DNA from: Candidatus Jordarchaeales archaeon
GTDB taxonomy: Archaea > Asgardarchaeota > Jordiarchaeia > Jordiarchaeales > Freyrarchaeaceae
NCBI GenBank assembly: GCA_038858525.1
Contig: JAWCFL010000005.1
Location: 9,192-73,191 of the forward strand
Reading direction: 5' to 3'
Length of the DNA: 64,000 bases
Below, piece after piece: positions 19,656 to 29,364 of this stretch. The number at the start of each line of letters is the position of its first letter. Position 1 is the stretch's first letter. Below the pieces are notes generated by a model. The model saw nothing but the letters and a program-made list of their open reading frames with translations, was not told the origin of the DNA and did not search any database. The position numbers were made by a program, and so were the translations under genes.

Positions 19656-20589
19656 ATGATCCACCTATCTCTTCCAGTAGCTGACAGACCTTACACTTTT
19701 CACTTGAGGCTGGTTGTCCACAGTTGGTGCATGTTGAAACCTTCAATTCCTCTTCTTCTGGGATCAGCTGAGTTATCTTCTCGTGAATCCTGACTATGTT
19801 GTACTTCGTTCCCGGCCTTTGAGTTTCTATCTTGTTAATAAATGCCCTCACATCATCTCTATATGCTTCCGCGTGGTAAGGGCATGGTGTTTCGTGGTAA
19901 CGTATTCGGTTGAAGTAAGCGTAGAGGACAATCTCTTCTTCTGGGATTTCCCTTAGAGGTTTCACGCGGGGGACAAATCCCTCCACGTTCCTCCGGGCTG
20001 GCTTGTTTCTCAGGAACCGGGTTAAATCTCCTTTAAGGATGTTCATAAGTATTGTTTGTGCTTCGTCGTCTAGGTTATGTGCCGTTGCCACAACGTCTGC
20101 GCCTGCTTTGACGGCTAGAGTGTTTATTGCTCTCCTTCTCAGAACGCCGCAATACGTGCATGCACCAAGCCTCCTCTCGCCTAGAATTTCGCTCGCGGCG
20201 CGTATTATTTCATCTAGCGTCCTCCCGAACAACTCCTTAAATGAAGTCTTCAACCAGGGAACCTGAAGGCGCCTAACCGCTTCTTCTATAATTTCTAAGG
20301 ATTCATTCCTATATCCCTCTATTCCCTCGTCCACTGTTACTGCTATGAGCTCACTTTTCGGGAATCTCTCCTCGAGCTTGGCAAGCACATGGAGGAGAAC
20401 TACACTGTCCTTTCCTCCTGAGACCGCAACAGCTATTCTACTGTCAGGCTGAAGCATTCTGTAGCGTGAAATAGTCCTTCTAACCCTGATCTCAACGGAC
20501 TCTGTAAAACATCTTCTGCAAAGCACCTCTCCGGAGTAAGGTCGGTAGACAGCTGCTTCGCGTCCACACCGCATACACTTGCTTTCCAT
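19654..20589 (-). CDS. tRNA thiolation PP-loop ATPase (TtuA/NcsA/Ctu1 family)
   Basis: N-terminal Zn finger 'CMRCG...CRRCF', PP-loop 'SGGKDS', C-terminal Zn finger 'CTNCG...CKVC'. Confidence 0.8.
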   Translation of the reverse strand: MESKCMRCGREAAVYRPYSGEVLCRRCFTESVEIRVRRTISRYRMLQPDSRIAVAVSGGKDSVVLLHVLAKLEERFPKSELIAVTVDEGIEGYRNESLEIIEEAVRRLQVPWLKTSFKELFGRTLDEIIRAASEILGERRLGACTYCGVLRRRAINTLAVKAGADVVATAHNLDDEAQTILMNILKGDLTRFLRNKPARRNVEGFVPRVKPLREIPEEEIVLYAYFNRIRYHETPCPYHAEAYRDDVRAFINKIETQRPGTKYNIVRIHEKITQLIPEEEELKVSTCTNCGQPASSEKCKVCQLLEEIGGS

Positions 20590-20619
20590 TCTACATCATT
20601 CCCGGGGAGCAGTCTACGT

Positions 20620-21819
20620 TTAGAGGGGAGTAAACCCTGCTACCAGTAGGGGAACTATGAAGTTTAAAGCGAGGAAGCATATGGCTGTGGCTCTAGCTAA
20701 GTTCACGATGAGCTTTCTTGTTGAAATTCCTTTCCTAAGTATCGAGGTTTTTTTCTCCTCAGCCACAAAGGAGCTTACTACTTCTTGGAGGATCTTGTCT
20801 CCGTCGAATGCAGGAATAGGCATCATGTTCACTATGGAAACGCTAAATGAAACTATGAACATCCATTGAAGAACCATGTATACGTGGTTTGGAAACATGT
20901 GTCCCAGCCACCAAGAGCTGGGGTATGGCAGGTAGAATGGTTGCGGGTACAGGATCCCTATATATCCCTTATACGGGGCTTTAGGATTTATTCCTGCTGT
21001 GATCGTTATCTCTCCCATGCTTGTTGTCAGATTAAGCGTGTCGAAGGGCTTAACGTTTAGAAGGTATATGTCTAAGGCTAATGGTGACCATATTGGGGTT
21101 CCATTTATGGCGAATAGAACAGTTGAGGGGACAAGCTTACCATAGGCGAAGGACTGTGGGTCAACATTTGTTATGACGACGCCAACGGAAGGACCGTACC
21201 AAGGTGAGATCACTGCTTGAAAGTTAGCTATGAGCAAGAGGGCTATTAAGGCCGTGGCTACGTTTACAGCGGAGCCAGAACTCAATATTCTGAGCTTAGA
21301 ACGGGTGCGCACTTTCTCCATGGCTTCTTCATCTATCTCAACGAATCCTCCCGGCAGAAAGAGGAGCAAAAGAACACCCGACGACTTTATGGGTACCCCT
21401 TCCGCCCTAGCTGCTATACCGTGAGCCAATTCGTGGAATGCAAGCGTTACAACTATTCCAACCAAGGCATAGATAAAGCTGAACCATGTAATTGTGATCC
21501 CAGGTATTAAAGGTATCACGGGTGATGCTTGTTGAGGGCGGAAGAACGCGTTCAGCAGGTTTAATGATAACAAGTATACCCCGTAACCTAGGGCAGAGTA
21601 GCTTAGTGGGATGGAAACGTCTCCCATTACGCGCCATGCCCGGGGAGCTTTAAGTGCAGTCTTCGAGAGAAAATTGTTCAGCTTTGTTGTCCTACAGATG
21701 AGGAGAAAAGGAAGAACATTGAAGCCGTATTTTTCGAGGTTAAACATCTTATCCGCGACCATTAATCCGCCCCAAAAAATGAGTAACGCTACGAGAACGA
21801 GCTGCCACTCCGTAAGCAT
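20620..21819 (-). CDS. site-2 protease (M50 family) with PDZ domain
   Basis: Polytopic membrane protein. 'HELAHG' HExxH, a PDZ-like 'LFAINGTPI', and a C-terminal LDG-like region. Confidence 0.8.
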   Translation of the reverse strand: MLTEWQLVLVALLIFWGGLMVADKMFNLEKYGFNVLPFLLICRTTKLNNFLSKTALKAPRAWRVMGDVSIPLSYSALGYGVYLLSLNLLNAFFRPQQASPVIPLIPGITITWFSFIYALVGIVVTLAFHELAHGIAARAEGVPIKSSGVLLLLFLPGGFVEIDEEAMEKVRTRSKLRILSSGSAVNVATALIALLLIANFQAVISPWYGPSVGVVITNVDPQSFAYGKLVPSTVLFAINGTPIWSPLALDIYLLNVKPFDTLNLTTSMGEITITAGINPKAPYKGYIGILYPQPFYLPYPSSWWLGHMFPNHVYMVLQWMFIVSFSVSIVNMMPIPAFDGDKILQEVVSSFVAEEKKTSILRKGISTRKLIVNLARATAICFLALNFIVPLLVAGFTPL

Positions 21820-21967
21820 TTCCTTTCCCTCCTAGTCGCTTACAGTAAGCGACACCATATTTTTTGAAGTTTCCTATCCGGAAATGCATCTGGATGCTTT
21901 TTTAGATAAACTTTAATTGTTTTCACGTTGAAAGATCATATCGGCTAAGTCCTCCCGGGGTGCTTTC

Positions 21968-22453
21968 TTGTCTAATGAGAAAAGATTCGAAATAGAAGTC
22001 GAAGCAGTAAAGACTCCGGTAGGTGACGTTCCAACAATCAGGACAGTCGAGAAAATAATTGAAGGAATGAACGTTTTAAGTGAAGACATGAGCGCCCTCT
22101 CACTTTCTTTCTCCGAATCATTGAAGCCTATTACTACTGAACTGAAAAGTGTCAAGAAGTTGATATCGAAAACTGCTGTTTCCTCTGAAGCGGCCATGGA
22201 GGCCGTTAAAAGACTGGAGCGAAAAATAGATCAACTTTCACAGGAGGAAGCTGAAAGGTGGAGTCGTCTCCAGCAAGTCCTTGCACTAATAACGGAAGCA
22301 CTTAAAGTGATTCACAGCGAAGTTAACGAGAAAACCAACAAGGCAACATCGAAAATTGACAAGCTAATAACTCTGCTAGCTCCCCCTCCACCCGCAAAAA
22401 GCACCCCGGCAAAGCCGGAGAAACAGGCGAAGCCCCTTAAAAAAGTTACTTAA
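21968..22453 (+). CDS. hypothetical helical protein (module A, X-type; paralog of 28252..29034)
   Basis: 161 aa. 'VGDVPTIRTVEKIIEG' and 'ESLKPITTELKSV' motifs are shared with 28252..29034. Pro/Lys-rich C-terminal tail. Confidence 0.5.
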   Translation: MSNEKRFEIEVEAVKTPVGDVPTIRTVEKIIEGMNVLSEDMSALSLSFSESLKPITTELKSVKKLISKTAVSSEAAMEAVKRLERKIDQLSQEEAERWSRLQQVLALITEALKVIHSEVNEKTNKATSKIDKLITLLAPPPPAKSTPAKPEKQAKPLKKVT

Positions 22454-23136
22454 TCTCTTTCTCCGCTGAACAGCGCCTCGTTAAGCCTCACCTTTTCTCC
22501 ATCCAACCTTACTATTCCCATCCTTTCCATCCTAGCCAAAAGGAGTCTTACTTGTCCCTCTGAAACCCCCATCGTCTTAGATAAGTCGCCTATCTTACAT
22601 TCTCCTATACTCTTCAAAATAAAATACGGCTTGTAATTAATATCACCTTCTATCAGCTTCTCAAGAGAACCTAGAACATCCTTCAACTTACTCTTCTCTC
22701 CCTCTAAACCGGAAACTCTTTCCTTCAAGTATGCGACTTCCCCTTCAAGTTCCCCTATTTTCCCCTCTCTGGTAAGTATCTCCCCCCTCAACCTTGAGAT
22801 CTCTGATCGAAGCGCTTCCTCGCTAAGCTTCTTATCCTCCTCAAGACGCCTAAATCTAAGTTTTTCCTCCTCAAGCAGCATCTCCAACTTCTTCTTCTCG
22901 CGAGAAACCTCCTCTATAGACTCCAACGCCTCCCTAAGCCTTTTAACCTCTGCCTCATGCTCTCTCCTAGCAGCATCAAACCTCGCCCTCCACTCCGCTA
23001 CCTCCCTCTCAAGCTCCTCTATACGCGCTCTCTGCCTCTCGATTTCCTCCCCCTGCCTCTCCAACCTAGCCTCTAAAAGCCTTAGAGCCTCCCTTTTTCC
23101 CTCAGGCTCCCCCAAGTAAACTCCCTCCATAAACAA
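22450..23136 (-). CDS. coiled-coil protein with a C-terminal winged-helix-like domain (module A, Y-type; paralog of 29365..30114)
   Basis: 228 aa. Long Glu/Arg/Leu-rich coiled coil. The C-terminal 'PYFILKSIGECKIGDLSKTMGVSEGQVRLLLARMERMGIVRL' resembles the tail of 29365..30114. Confidence 0.55.
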   Translation of the reverse strand: MFMEGVYLGEPEGKREALRLLEARLERQGEEIERQRARIEELEREVAEWRARFDAARREHEAEVKRLREALESIEEVSREKKKLEMLLEEEKLRFRRLEEDKKLSEEALRSEISRLRGEILTREGKIGELEGEVAYLKERVSGLEGEKSKLKDVLGSLEKLIEGDINYKPYFILKSIGECKIGDLSKTMGVSEGQVRLLLARMERMGIVRLDGEKVRLNEALFSGERD

Positions 23137-23237
23137 GAAGATCAGGTTGTCATGAGCTCTTCATCGTTTCCTCAGACTGGGACGGCGCCATCATCTCCAA
23201 AACTAAATATGCAGATAGCGATTTATAATTATCGTCT

Positions 23238-23591
23238 CTAGCGGTCAACTTGTATCTTAAGTTTTTCAACGGTTTCTCTCGCTTTCTTAATGCTTCCCGT
23301 AACTTTTTTTATGTCGGTCAAGATCGGCGTGCCCCTTATCTCTGAAATCATGCTTACTCCCGCATGGACTATATCGACGGTTTTATGCGTGCAGCGCAGT
23401 ATGCCGAAGCCCGACCGCTTATCGTAATCAATGACTTTCAAGTTCATGAAACTAACTCCAACTTCACCGAAAAGTTTGAGGAGCACGCTCCATAAGTCTC
23501 GAGCCACATCCTCGTATTCAAGCTCTTTATCGCTCATAATTTGGAAGACGATGTACCGCCATCTACCCTCAATCGATCTTACTCGACCCAA
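23238..23591 (-). CDS. rnp2: RNase P protein component 2 (Pop5)
   Basis: 117 aa. 'RWRYIVFQI...GILRCTHK' matches the Pop5 pattern. Adjacent to the Rpp30-like gene. Confidence 0.7.
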   Translation of the reverse strand: MGRVRSIEGRWRYIVFQIMSDKELEYEDVARDLWSVLLKLFGEVGVSFMNLKVIDYDKRSGFGILRCTHKTVDIVHAGVSMISEIRGTPILTDIKKVTGSIKKARETVEKLKIQVDR

Positions 23592-23611
23592 ACATCGTCA
23601 CTCCTTTAGCC

Positions 23612-24277
23612 TTACTCTTTTCTAAATCCCTCGTATCCTTTCCATTCCAGTATAGTTAAAGGATAGAAAGAAACCGCTCTGATCGCAGCCTCTCTAGGGA
23701 TCCCGAGGAGGCGCGCCACAGCAATGAGGCTTCCAGGAGAACGTAGCTCATACTCCATCTTCGGCTCTCTAGTTATGAAAAACACTGCTCCCTCCTCTAA
23801 CAGTACTGTGGCGGCCTTTCTGAGCGTTGAGAACGCTTGTGCGCGCTTTACCCCCTCGCACTCAAAGAGGGGAACCAGTGAGATCTCAACAGCGGTTCTT
23901 CCTTCATAGGAAAGCCTGACAAGCGACTTATCTAAGTACCTGTAATGCTCGATGGACGGAAAATAAATTATATCCACATCTGGATTTCGAGCGGCCCACG
24001 TAGCCACCTCCCTGTTTAAGCAAGGGACCGCCACTAGCTCTGCCTTCTCTCTTACTTCACCTAACATTTTCTTCATCTGGGCTAAGTTTTCCCCCTTAAG
24101 ATTTATTCTTGAGAAAACTTCAATCCCGTTAATTTTTCCTTCCCAACTTGTTATAAAAAGAACATTAAACCCTAATTTACTTGCGAACTCAAAAAAACGT
24201 TGTTGGGAAAATGCTGATCCGAGATGCACGTGTGTTTCAACAAATTTCAGTCTACGATTAAGTTGTGCCTCCTGCAT
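23612..24277 (-). CDS. rnp3: RNase P protein component 3 (Rpp30, PHP/TIM-barrel fold)
   Basis: 221 aa. 'VETHVHLG' metal motif. Conserved neighbourhood with Pop5 and L15e. Confidence 0.65.
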   Translation of the reverse strand: MQEAQLNRRLKFVETHVHLGSAFSQQRFFEFASKLGFNVLFITSWEGKINGIEVFSRINLKGENLAQMKKMLGEVREKAELVAVPCLNREVATWAARNPDVDIIYFPSIEHYRYLDKSLVRLSYEGRTAVEISLVPLFECEGVKRAQAFSTLRKAATVLLEEGAVFFITREPKMEYELRSPGSLIAVARLLGIPREAAIRAVSFYPLTILEWKGYEGFRKE

Positions 24278-24684
24278 GCCTCACGTATCTCCTCAAGTTC
24301 TCTAAAAGAGAACTTAACTTTGACCTTAACGACGTCCTCGTAATCGCTTAAGTGCACCTCTCCCAGATACGCCTTCTGCTTGTCAAAACGGAGGTAAAGG
24401 TTTCCATGCCCGTTATGCCTTAAATCTAGTTGCCCCCCCAGTCTCTTCCTATCTTCCTCCCTCATCAAGGAAGCTAGCCGGTCAACAACTTCTTTGGCTC
24501 CCTTTCCAGATAACTTTACTCTATAAATTATCACTTCATTACCGTAGTGTCCTCTAACTTTCTCCCTTTTGACTTCTCCTTTATTGTCTAAGAGAAAAAG
24601 TAGCGCCTTCAAAACTTTTTCAGGATCCTCTGTTGAGTGAACAAAGGCTTCAAACTCCACGCTAGATAGTTCCTCATCACCCAA
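24247..24684 (-). CDS. COG1325-like predicted RNA-binding protein of the exosome superoperon
   Basis: 145 aa. Positioned between L15e and Rpp30 as in archaeal exosome superoperons. The family call is by context. Confidence 0.4.
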   Translation of the reverse strand: MGDEELSSVEFEAFVHSTEDPEKVLKALLFLLDNKGEVKREKVRGHYGNEVIIYRVKLSGKGAKEVVDRLASLMREEDRKRLGGQLDLRHNGHGNLYLRFDKQKAYLGEVHLSDYEDVVKVKVKFSFRELEEIREACRRHNLIVD

Positions 24685-24698
24685 TCTTCCACACCAGT

Positions 24699-25298
24699 TT
24701 ACTCGTAATACTTCTCACGACTTGGCCTAACCTTCTCAGCGCCCTTCCCCTTATTCCTCAGCGCCCTCGCCCTCTTACCGCTGCCCGTAAGTCCTCTGAA
24801 CACTCTGCCACGATGTGCTCTACCACAGATCCAGTTTATTTTCGGGTCGGACTTTATAACTGGATGATGTGGGTCAACTAGGATGACTTCGAACCACTTC
24901 CACCTGCCATCTTCTCCAACATAGTACGAGTTTAAGACCTCCATGTTTGGGTACTTGCGAGCGGCTCTCTCTTCAGCGATCCACTGAAGGTTTTTTCCAG
25001 GTGTCTTTTTCGCTACACCCAACCCCTTTGGCTTCCTTCCGCTCCTAGGCCTAGCTTTCCTCAATCCTCCTTTACGAATCCGAACCCTAACCACGACGAA
25101 GCCTTGCTTAGCCCTGTAACCAAGTCTTCTCGCTCTATCTGGCCTAGTAGGTCTCTCCACCCTCACTATAACAGGTTGCCTGCGCCAGAGCGTCAGCCTC
25201 TCACGTAGAAATTCCTTTAAATTGCCTTCCTTTCCCACTATCTGCCTCCAGCTTTCTGAAAGGTAACTGTACATCGACTTCACCATTTCTAAGTCCAC
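24699..25298 (-). CDS. rpl15e: 50S ribosomal protein L15e
   Basis: '[29 protein letters not shown]...[22 protein letters not shown]' is diagnostic of L15e. Confidence 0.85.
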   Translation of the reverse strand: MDLEMVKSMYSYLSESWRQIVGKEGNLKEFLRERLTLWRRQPVIVRVERPTRPDRARRLGYRAKQGFVVVRVRIRKGGLRKARPRSGRKPKGLGVAKKTPGKNLQWIAEERAARKYPNMEVLNSYYVGEDGRWKWFEVILVDPHHPVIKSDPKINWICGRAHRGRVFRGLTGSGKRARALRNKGKGAEKVRPSREKYYE

Positions 25299-25664
25299 TC
25301 CCAGAATAACTTCGGCTAAAAGCCTATTTTCCCATACAATAATTTCCTTTTATAGTTTACCGTCACCAGAAGGAACAAGCACGCCGAAAGGAAAAATATT
25401 CCGGTTGCTTTTCTCTTTAATCCTTTAAATAACACGCCGTTGATGAACTTACTTATTGTGACAGTGATCCTAGGTTTTTCAGACATTTCTTTCAAGAACT
25501 TAAGCTCCAGCTCACCTCTCCAATGCTAATGAATTCTTCTCGAGACATGCTATCATCCTTACGGGTTTCCAAAAAAGTGAAATATGCGCTTGATTACTTA
25601 TTTTATTGTTCTTGTTTCTCTCTAACATATTTTGGGGTTTTCAGGGCGTTTGGAGATGGTTTAA

Positions 25665-26372
25665 ATGCCGGTACTGAAATTCTTTGGGCATGCGTCCTTC
25701 AAGCTGTCATCTCCGAAGGTTAGCGTGCTCTTAGACCCTGGCTACTTCGAGGGGAGACCATTAGTCGGAGAGAACGAAAAGGTTAACGTTATATGCGTTA
25801 CCCACAATCACCCAGACCATTTGGGGAATGCAGCTAAGATCGCAGCCTCTCAAAAAGCCTTTGTCGTGGGAGCAAGCGAGGTTATTGAGAAGCTGAAAGT
25901 AGAAGGAGCACCGGAGTGGCTTCTTCGCCCTCTTAACCCAGGGGAAAGCTTTGTTAGGCCAGAAATAAAGGTGACCGCCATAGACCTCAAGCATGGGCCA
26001 CCTAAGTCTCCATCACCCATCCAGCACTTAGCCTTTCTCGTGGAGCTAGGAAAAGTCAAACTGGTCCATTTAGGCGACGCTGGAACCAGAGGGCTCCTAG
26101 GGCAATACCAAATAGACGTACTCCTAATAGGCGTTGACGAAACCGAGACGTTCCCACCCGTACAAGCCCTCCAAGCGGTAAGTGACCTAAAACCCAAAAT
26201 GGCTATACCGATGCACGTCAGGAAAAAGGAGGAACTCGATTACTTCGAGGAACACTTCTCCTTAATGGCCCCTGAGGTTAAGTACAAGCGCATGAACGCG
26301 GGCGAGGAAATAATAGTAGAGTGGGCTGCTGGAACAGAATTTACTTTTAAACCATTGCCGCGTGAAGCATAG
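25665..26372 (+). CDS. metallo-beta-lactamase-fold hydrolase
   Basis: 235 aa. 'VICVTHNHPDHLG' H-x-H-x-DH motif. Confidence 0.75.
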   Translation: MPVLKFFGHASFKLSSPKVSVLLDPGYFEGRPLVGENEKVNVICVTHNHPDHLGNAAKIAASQKAFVVGASEVIEKLKVEGAPEWLLRPLNPGESFVRPEIKVTAIDLKHGPPKSPSPIQHLAFLVELGKVKLVHLGDAGTRGLLGQYQIDVLLIGVDETETFPPVQALQAVSDLKPKMAIPMHVRKKEELDYFEEHFSLMAPEVKYKRMNAGEEIIVEWAAGTEFTFKPLPREA

Positions 26373-26461
26373 TGATCTTTGAAGGTCTTTGCAGTAATAG
26401 TTAAATATTCTCAATTTTATACTCTTTTTTTGCGTAAAAATGAATTAGGAGGAAGCAACTT

Positions 26462-28243
26462 TTGAGTGAAGCCCTAAAAGTCGTCATAGACTTGTCGGAG
26501 AAAGTTGACTGCGTTCTCTCAGGAGACAATAAGGTGAAATCGATATCCGCGAAGGGAACTCTTACGGTGAAAAATCCAAGCCGGAGGAATAAGGTCTGGA
26601 GTTGCGAGCTGCAGCTAGGAGGAGTTTCTTCTACGTCGCTGAAGGAGGAACGTTACGATGTGGGTGAAGTCCCCGCTGGAGGCACATGGACACTTGAGTA
26701 TAATATTCCGGTCAGTAGCCCCCTAATCAGCCTTAAAGAAACAGTCGACACTTACCCCAAGGACAGTGCAATCAACTGGGCTGTCGCCTTCAATCGTGTC
26801 ACACCGGTAAGGTGCATCATAACACTCACGAATCCCAGCGATATATTCGCCAGAAACATAGAAGTAAGGAAAAGAATACCAAAGGGTTTTGGTGACCCAT
26901 CAATAGAACCACCCCAAACAGGTTCAGCAGAATATGTCTCTGAGACTAGAGAGGTCATATGGAGAGGATTCGACCTAGCTCCCGGAGCTGAGGCAACACT
27001 GGCCATAAACATGGCCGTAAAACCTGAAGAAGTAAAGCCCATTGGGGCGGGAGAAGTAAAACTCACCTACCAAATTGTGGGCAGCACGGCTTCATCTCTC
27101 ACTCCAGACCTCTACTGTATTTCTGATTTACGTTTCGGTGTTGAGCCGGCTGAATCTCTGTCCAAACCGAACTTTTGGGATTGCACTCTGGAGTTCCTTA
27201 ACACCAGCGACTTCATGGAATTACTGCTAGACGTTGAAATGAGTTTGGTTTCTGACGGAAGAAGCCCGGCGTTGTCATTGTCTCCAAACGTGGAATTGCT
27301 ACCTCACCAATCTTGGTCCTATACGTTTCAAGTTGAAAGCCCCGAACTACCTGTTTTCGAAACAAAATTCAATTATAGAGTCGCTTACGAGGTTAAAAGA
27401 AGCGTGTACACAACAGTGGTCAAGGAGGAAACCTTGCTTCCCGTCATGAAGGTGGAGGCAGAAAAAATATTCGCACCAGCTGAGGTCGACGCCTACGATA
27501 AGACACCCATGAGCGTCACAGTGAATGTTTTCAATGTTGGAAGCGCCGAGCTGGATGCGGTATCCATCATAGATACTGTTCCCGAAGACTTTAGAGCCCC
27601 AACCTCAGACAAGATAAAAATTACTCTAGGGGATCGAGAAATCACTAGTGGGGTAACAATAGCCTTGGAGCCGCCGTCAGCACCTATAGAGCAATCTAAA
27701 ACACTGAAGATAGCCGTAGCTGGGCTAAGTAAAATAGGCGGCTTCAAGCCTGGCCAAACAATGAAAGTGTTTTATCCTGTTGTTGCCTGGGGGCCTAAGC
27801 CGAAGGGTAAATATCTCGCTCCTCTAAGGGTGACGTGCAACATTTCACCTCCAGGACTGGAAGGAGAATTTCTAAGGCTTGAGGAAATCCCACCGGCGAT
27901 CGAAGTGAAGTACGCCAGAAGAGCTGTGAAGATCTTCAAGGAATCTATAACTCCAGGAGCCGAGAAAAATCAATACATAGTTCCTTTAATCATAGTAAAT
28001 TCTGGAGAAGTAAACATAGAGAACGTCACTGTGAAGGACTTTGTTCCCCCTGGATTCAAACTGGTTTCATGGAAGCCTGAAGAGCTCCAGCCGAAAGTGG
28101 AGGAAACGCCAGACGGGCTGGTACTATCATGGCTTTTCGTGAGAATTGAACCCAAGCAAGAAATACAGTTCTCCTACGTCATAGAGGGAAGCGGACGCTA
28201 CGTCAGGAAGGAGCCGCAAATAACTATAGGACCTTTGACGTAA
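26462..28243 (+). CDS. large hypothetical protein (593 aa), likely multi-beta-domain
   Basis: Long TTG-initiated ORF with strong coding signal. No recognisable catalytic motif. Confidence 0.5.
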   Translation: MSEALKVVIDLSEKVDCVLSGDNKVKSISAKGTLTVKNPSRRNKVWSCELQLGGVSSTSLKEERYDVGEVPAGGTWTLEYNIPVSSPLISLKETVDTYPKDSAINWAVAFNRVTPVRCIITLTNPSDIFARNIEVRKRIPKGFGDPSIEPPQTGSAEYVSETREVIWRGFDLAPGAEATLAINMAVKPEEVKPIGAGEVKLTYQIVGSTASSLTPDLYCISDLRFGVEPAESLSKPNFWDCTLEFLNTSDFMELLLDVEMSLVSDGRSPALSLSPNVELLPHQSWSYTFQVESPELPVFETKFNYRVAYEVKRSVYTTVVKEETLLPVMKVEAEKIFAPAEVDAYDKTPMSVTVNVFNVGSAELDAVSIIDTVPEDFRAPTSDKIKITLGDREITSGVTIALEPPSAPIEQSKTLKIAVAGLSKIGGFKPGQTMKVFYPVVAWGPKPKGKYLAPLRVTCNISPPGLEGEFLRLEEIPPAIEVKYARRAVKIFKESITPGAEKNQYIVPLIIVNSGEVNIENVTVKDFVPPGFKLVSWKPEELQPKVEETPDGLVLSWLFVRIEPKQEIQFSYVIEGSGRYVRKEPQITIGPLT

Positions 28244-28251
28244 CCCCCCAC

Positions 28252-29034
28252 TTAATCCTTCCTCTTTAGCTTATTTATTCTCTCCTCTATTTCCTTCTTT
28301 TCTCTTAGCTTAAGACTCAGAATCTCTTTTTCTTTAACTCCCCCAAGCCCCGTCTCAATCAAACTTTGTAAACTTAAAATTTCTCCATTAAGTTTAACTA
28401 GTCTTGTCTCAAGCCGAGCTATCTCCTTTAACCTTTCAACATCATCGTTAGTTGAAATAGAGACGGGTGTCTTCTCCTCCTTCATAACCGCCTCATTTTT
28501 CTGGACAGCCGCATCCTTCATGCTTACAAAGACGTTGGCTTGCTCTTGGACACCCATGTTTTTCTTTTGGACTCTAACGTCTTTGTTCTCTTCAAGCACC
28601 CATTCTTCCCCTACTACGCCCTCCCCCTCAACTTTGCCTTCTCTCGCTGAGGTGAGCGAAGCGAATCGTCTCTCTAGACTTATGAGGCTTTCATTCAGCA
28701 TCCTTAACTGATCACGAAGCATAAGTACTTCTTTCATCATGCTAAGTTTAAAATCCGCTACTTCCTTCCCCATTCTCACGACAGCATCCTCAACCTTTTC
28801 CACTCGCTCTAAGACTGGCTTTAAGTCCCCAGAAGCATCCTTAGCTTCCTCCACAAGATAACCGATCTTTGTCATGTATTCCAAGACCGGCTTCAAAGCT
28901 TCCCTGAATGCCGCCACTATTTTTTCGATGTTCTTACTGATCAGTATTTCTCCAAGCCCACTTATGATGGCGTCAATGTCTCCTACAGTTACCTTACCCG
29001 AATCCGCCGAGTTCACATTGTCCCCTCCGAACAT
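28252..29034 (-). CDS. hypothetical helical/coiled-coil protein (module B, X-type; paralog of 21968..22453)
   Basis: 260 aa. 'VTVGDIDAIISGLGEI', 'EALKPVLEYM' and 'DLKPVLERVEKV' motifs. Coiled-coil C-terminus. Confidence 0.5.
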   Translation of the reverse strand: MFGGDNVNSADSGKVTVGDIDAIISGLGEILISKNIEKIVAAFREALKPVLEYMTKIGYLVEEAKDASGDLKPVLERVEKVEDAVVRMGKEVADFKLSMMKEVLMLRDQLRMLNESLISLERRFASLTSAREGKVEGEGVVGEEWVLEENKDVRVQKKNMGVQEQANVFVSMKDAAVQKNEAVMKEEKTPVSISTNDDVERLKEIARLETRLVKLNGEILSLQSLIETGLGGVKEKEILSLKLREKKEIEERINKLKRKD

Positions 29035-29364
29035 GCCTTTCTCAACAGTAATGAATTAACTTCAAATAACTTGTTGTAGAATTCTACTATTAATATTTTG
29101 TTTCCGCTTACAGTTTTTCCGTAAGCCTTAACTCAATAGTATGAGAATACAACTGATCTTCCAGATAAAGAAAACAACATTCGTAATTTAACATGAAATT
29201 TAAATATAACTTGGCATTTTTCCAGTTCTTTCCTGAATAGAATTGGCAATTTGTCTATTCATTAAAGTGTATTTTCCATTTTAAACCCTATTTTTTTGAG
29301 AGAAAAACGATTATTAGCCTAAAATGGCAAAAGTATAATTGCACCTATCTTCAAGTTAAATTTA

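Noticed and set aside
19417-19793. ORFs 19417..19641(-), 19478..19684(+) and 19596..19793(+), Pro/Arg/Gly-rich
   Set aside because: They lie on the GC-rich structured RNA (19285-19643). The amino-acid composition is an artefact of GC-rich RNA sequence.
25436-25500. Possible C/D box sRNA (UGAUGA at about 25441) upstream of the MBL-fold gene
   Set aside because: No convincing D/D' boxes or terminal stem. More likely promoter sequence.
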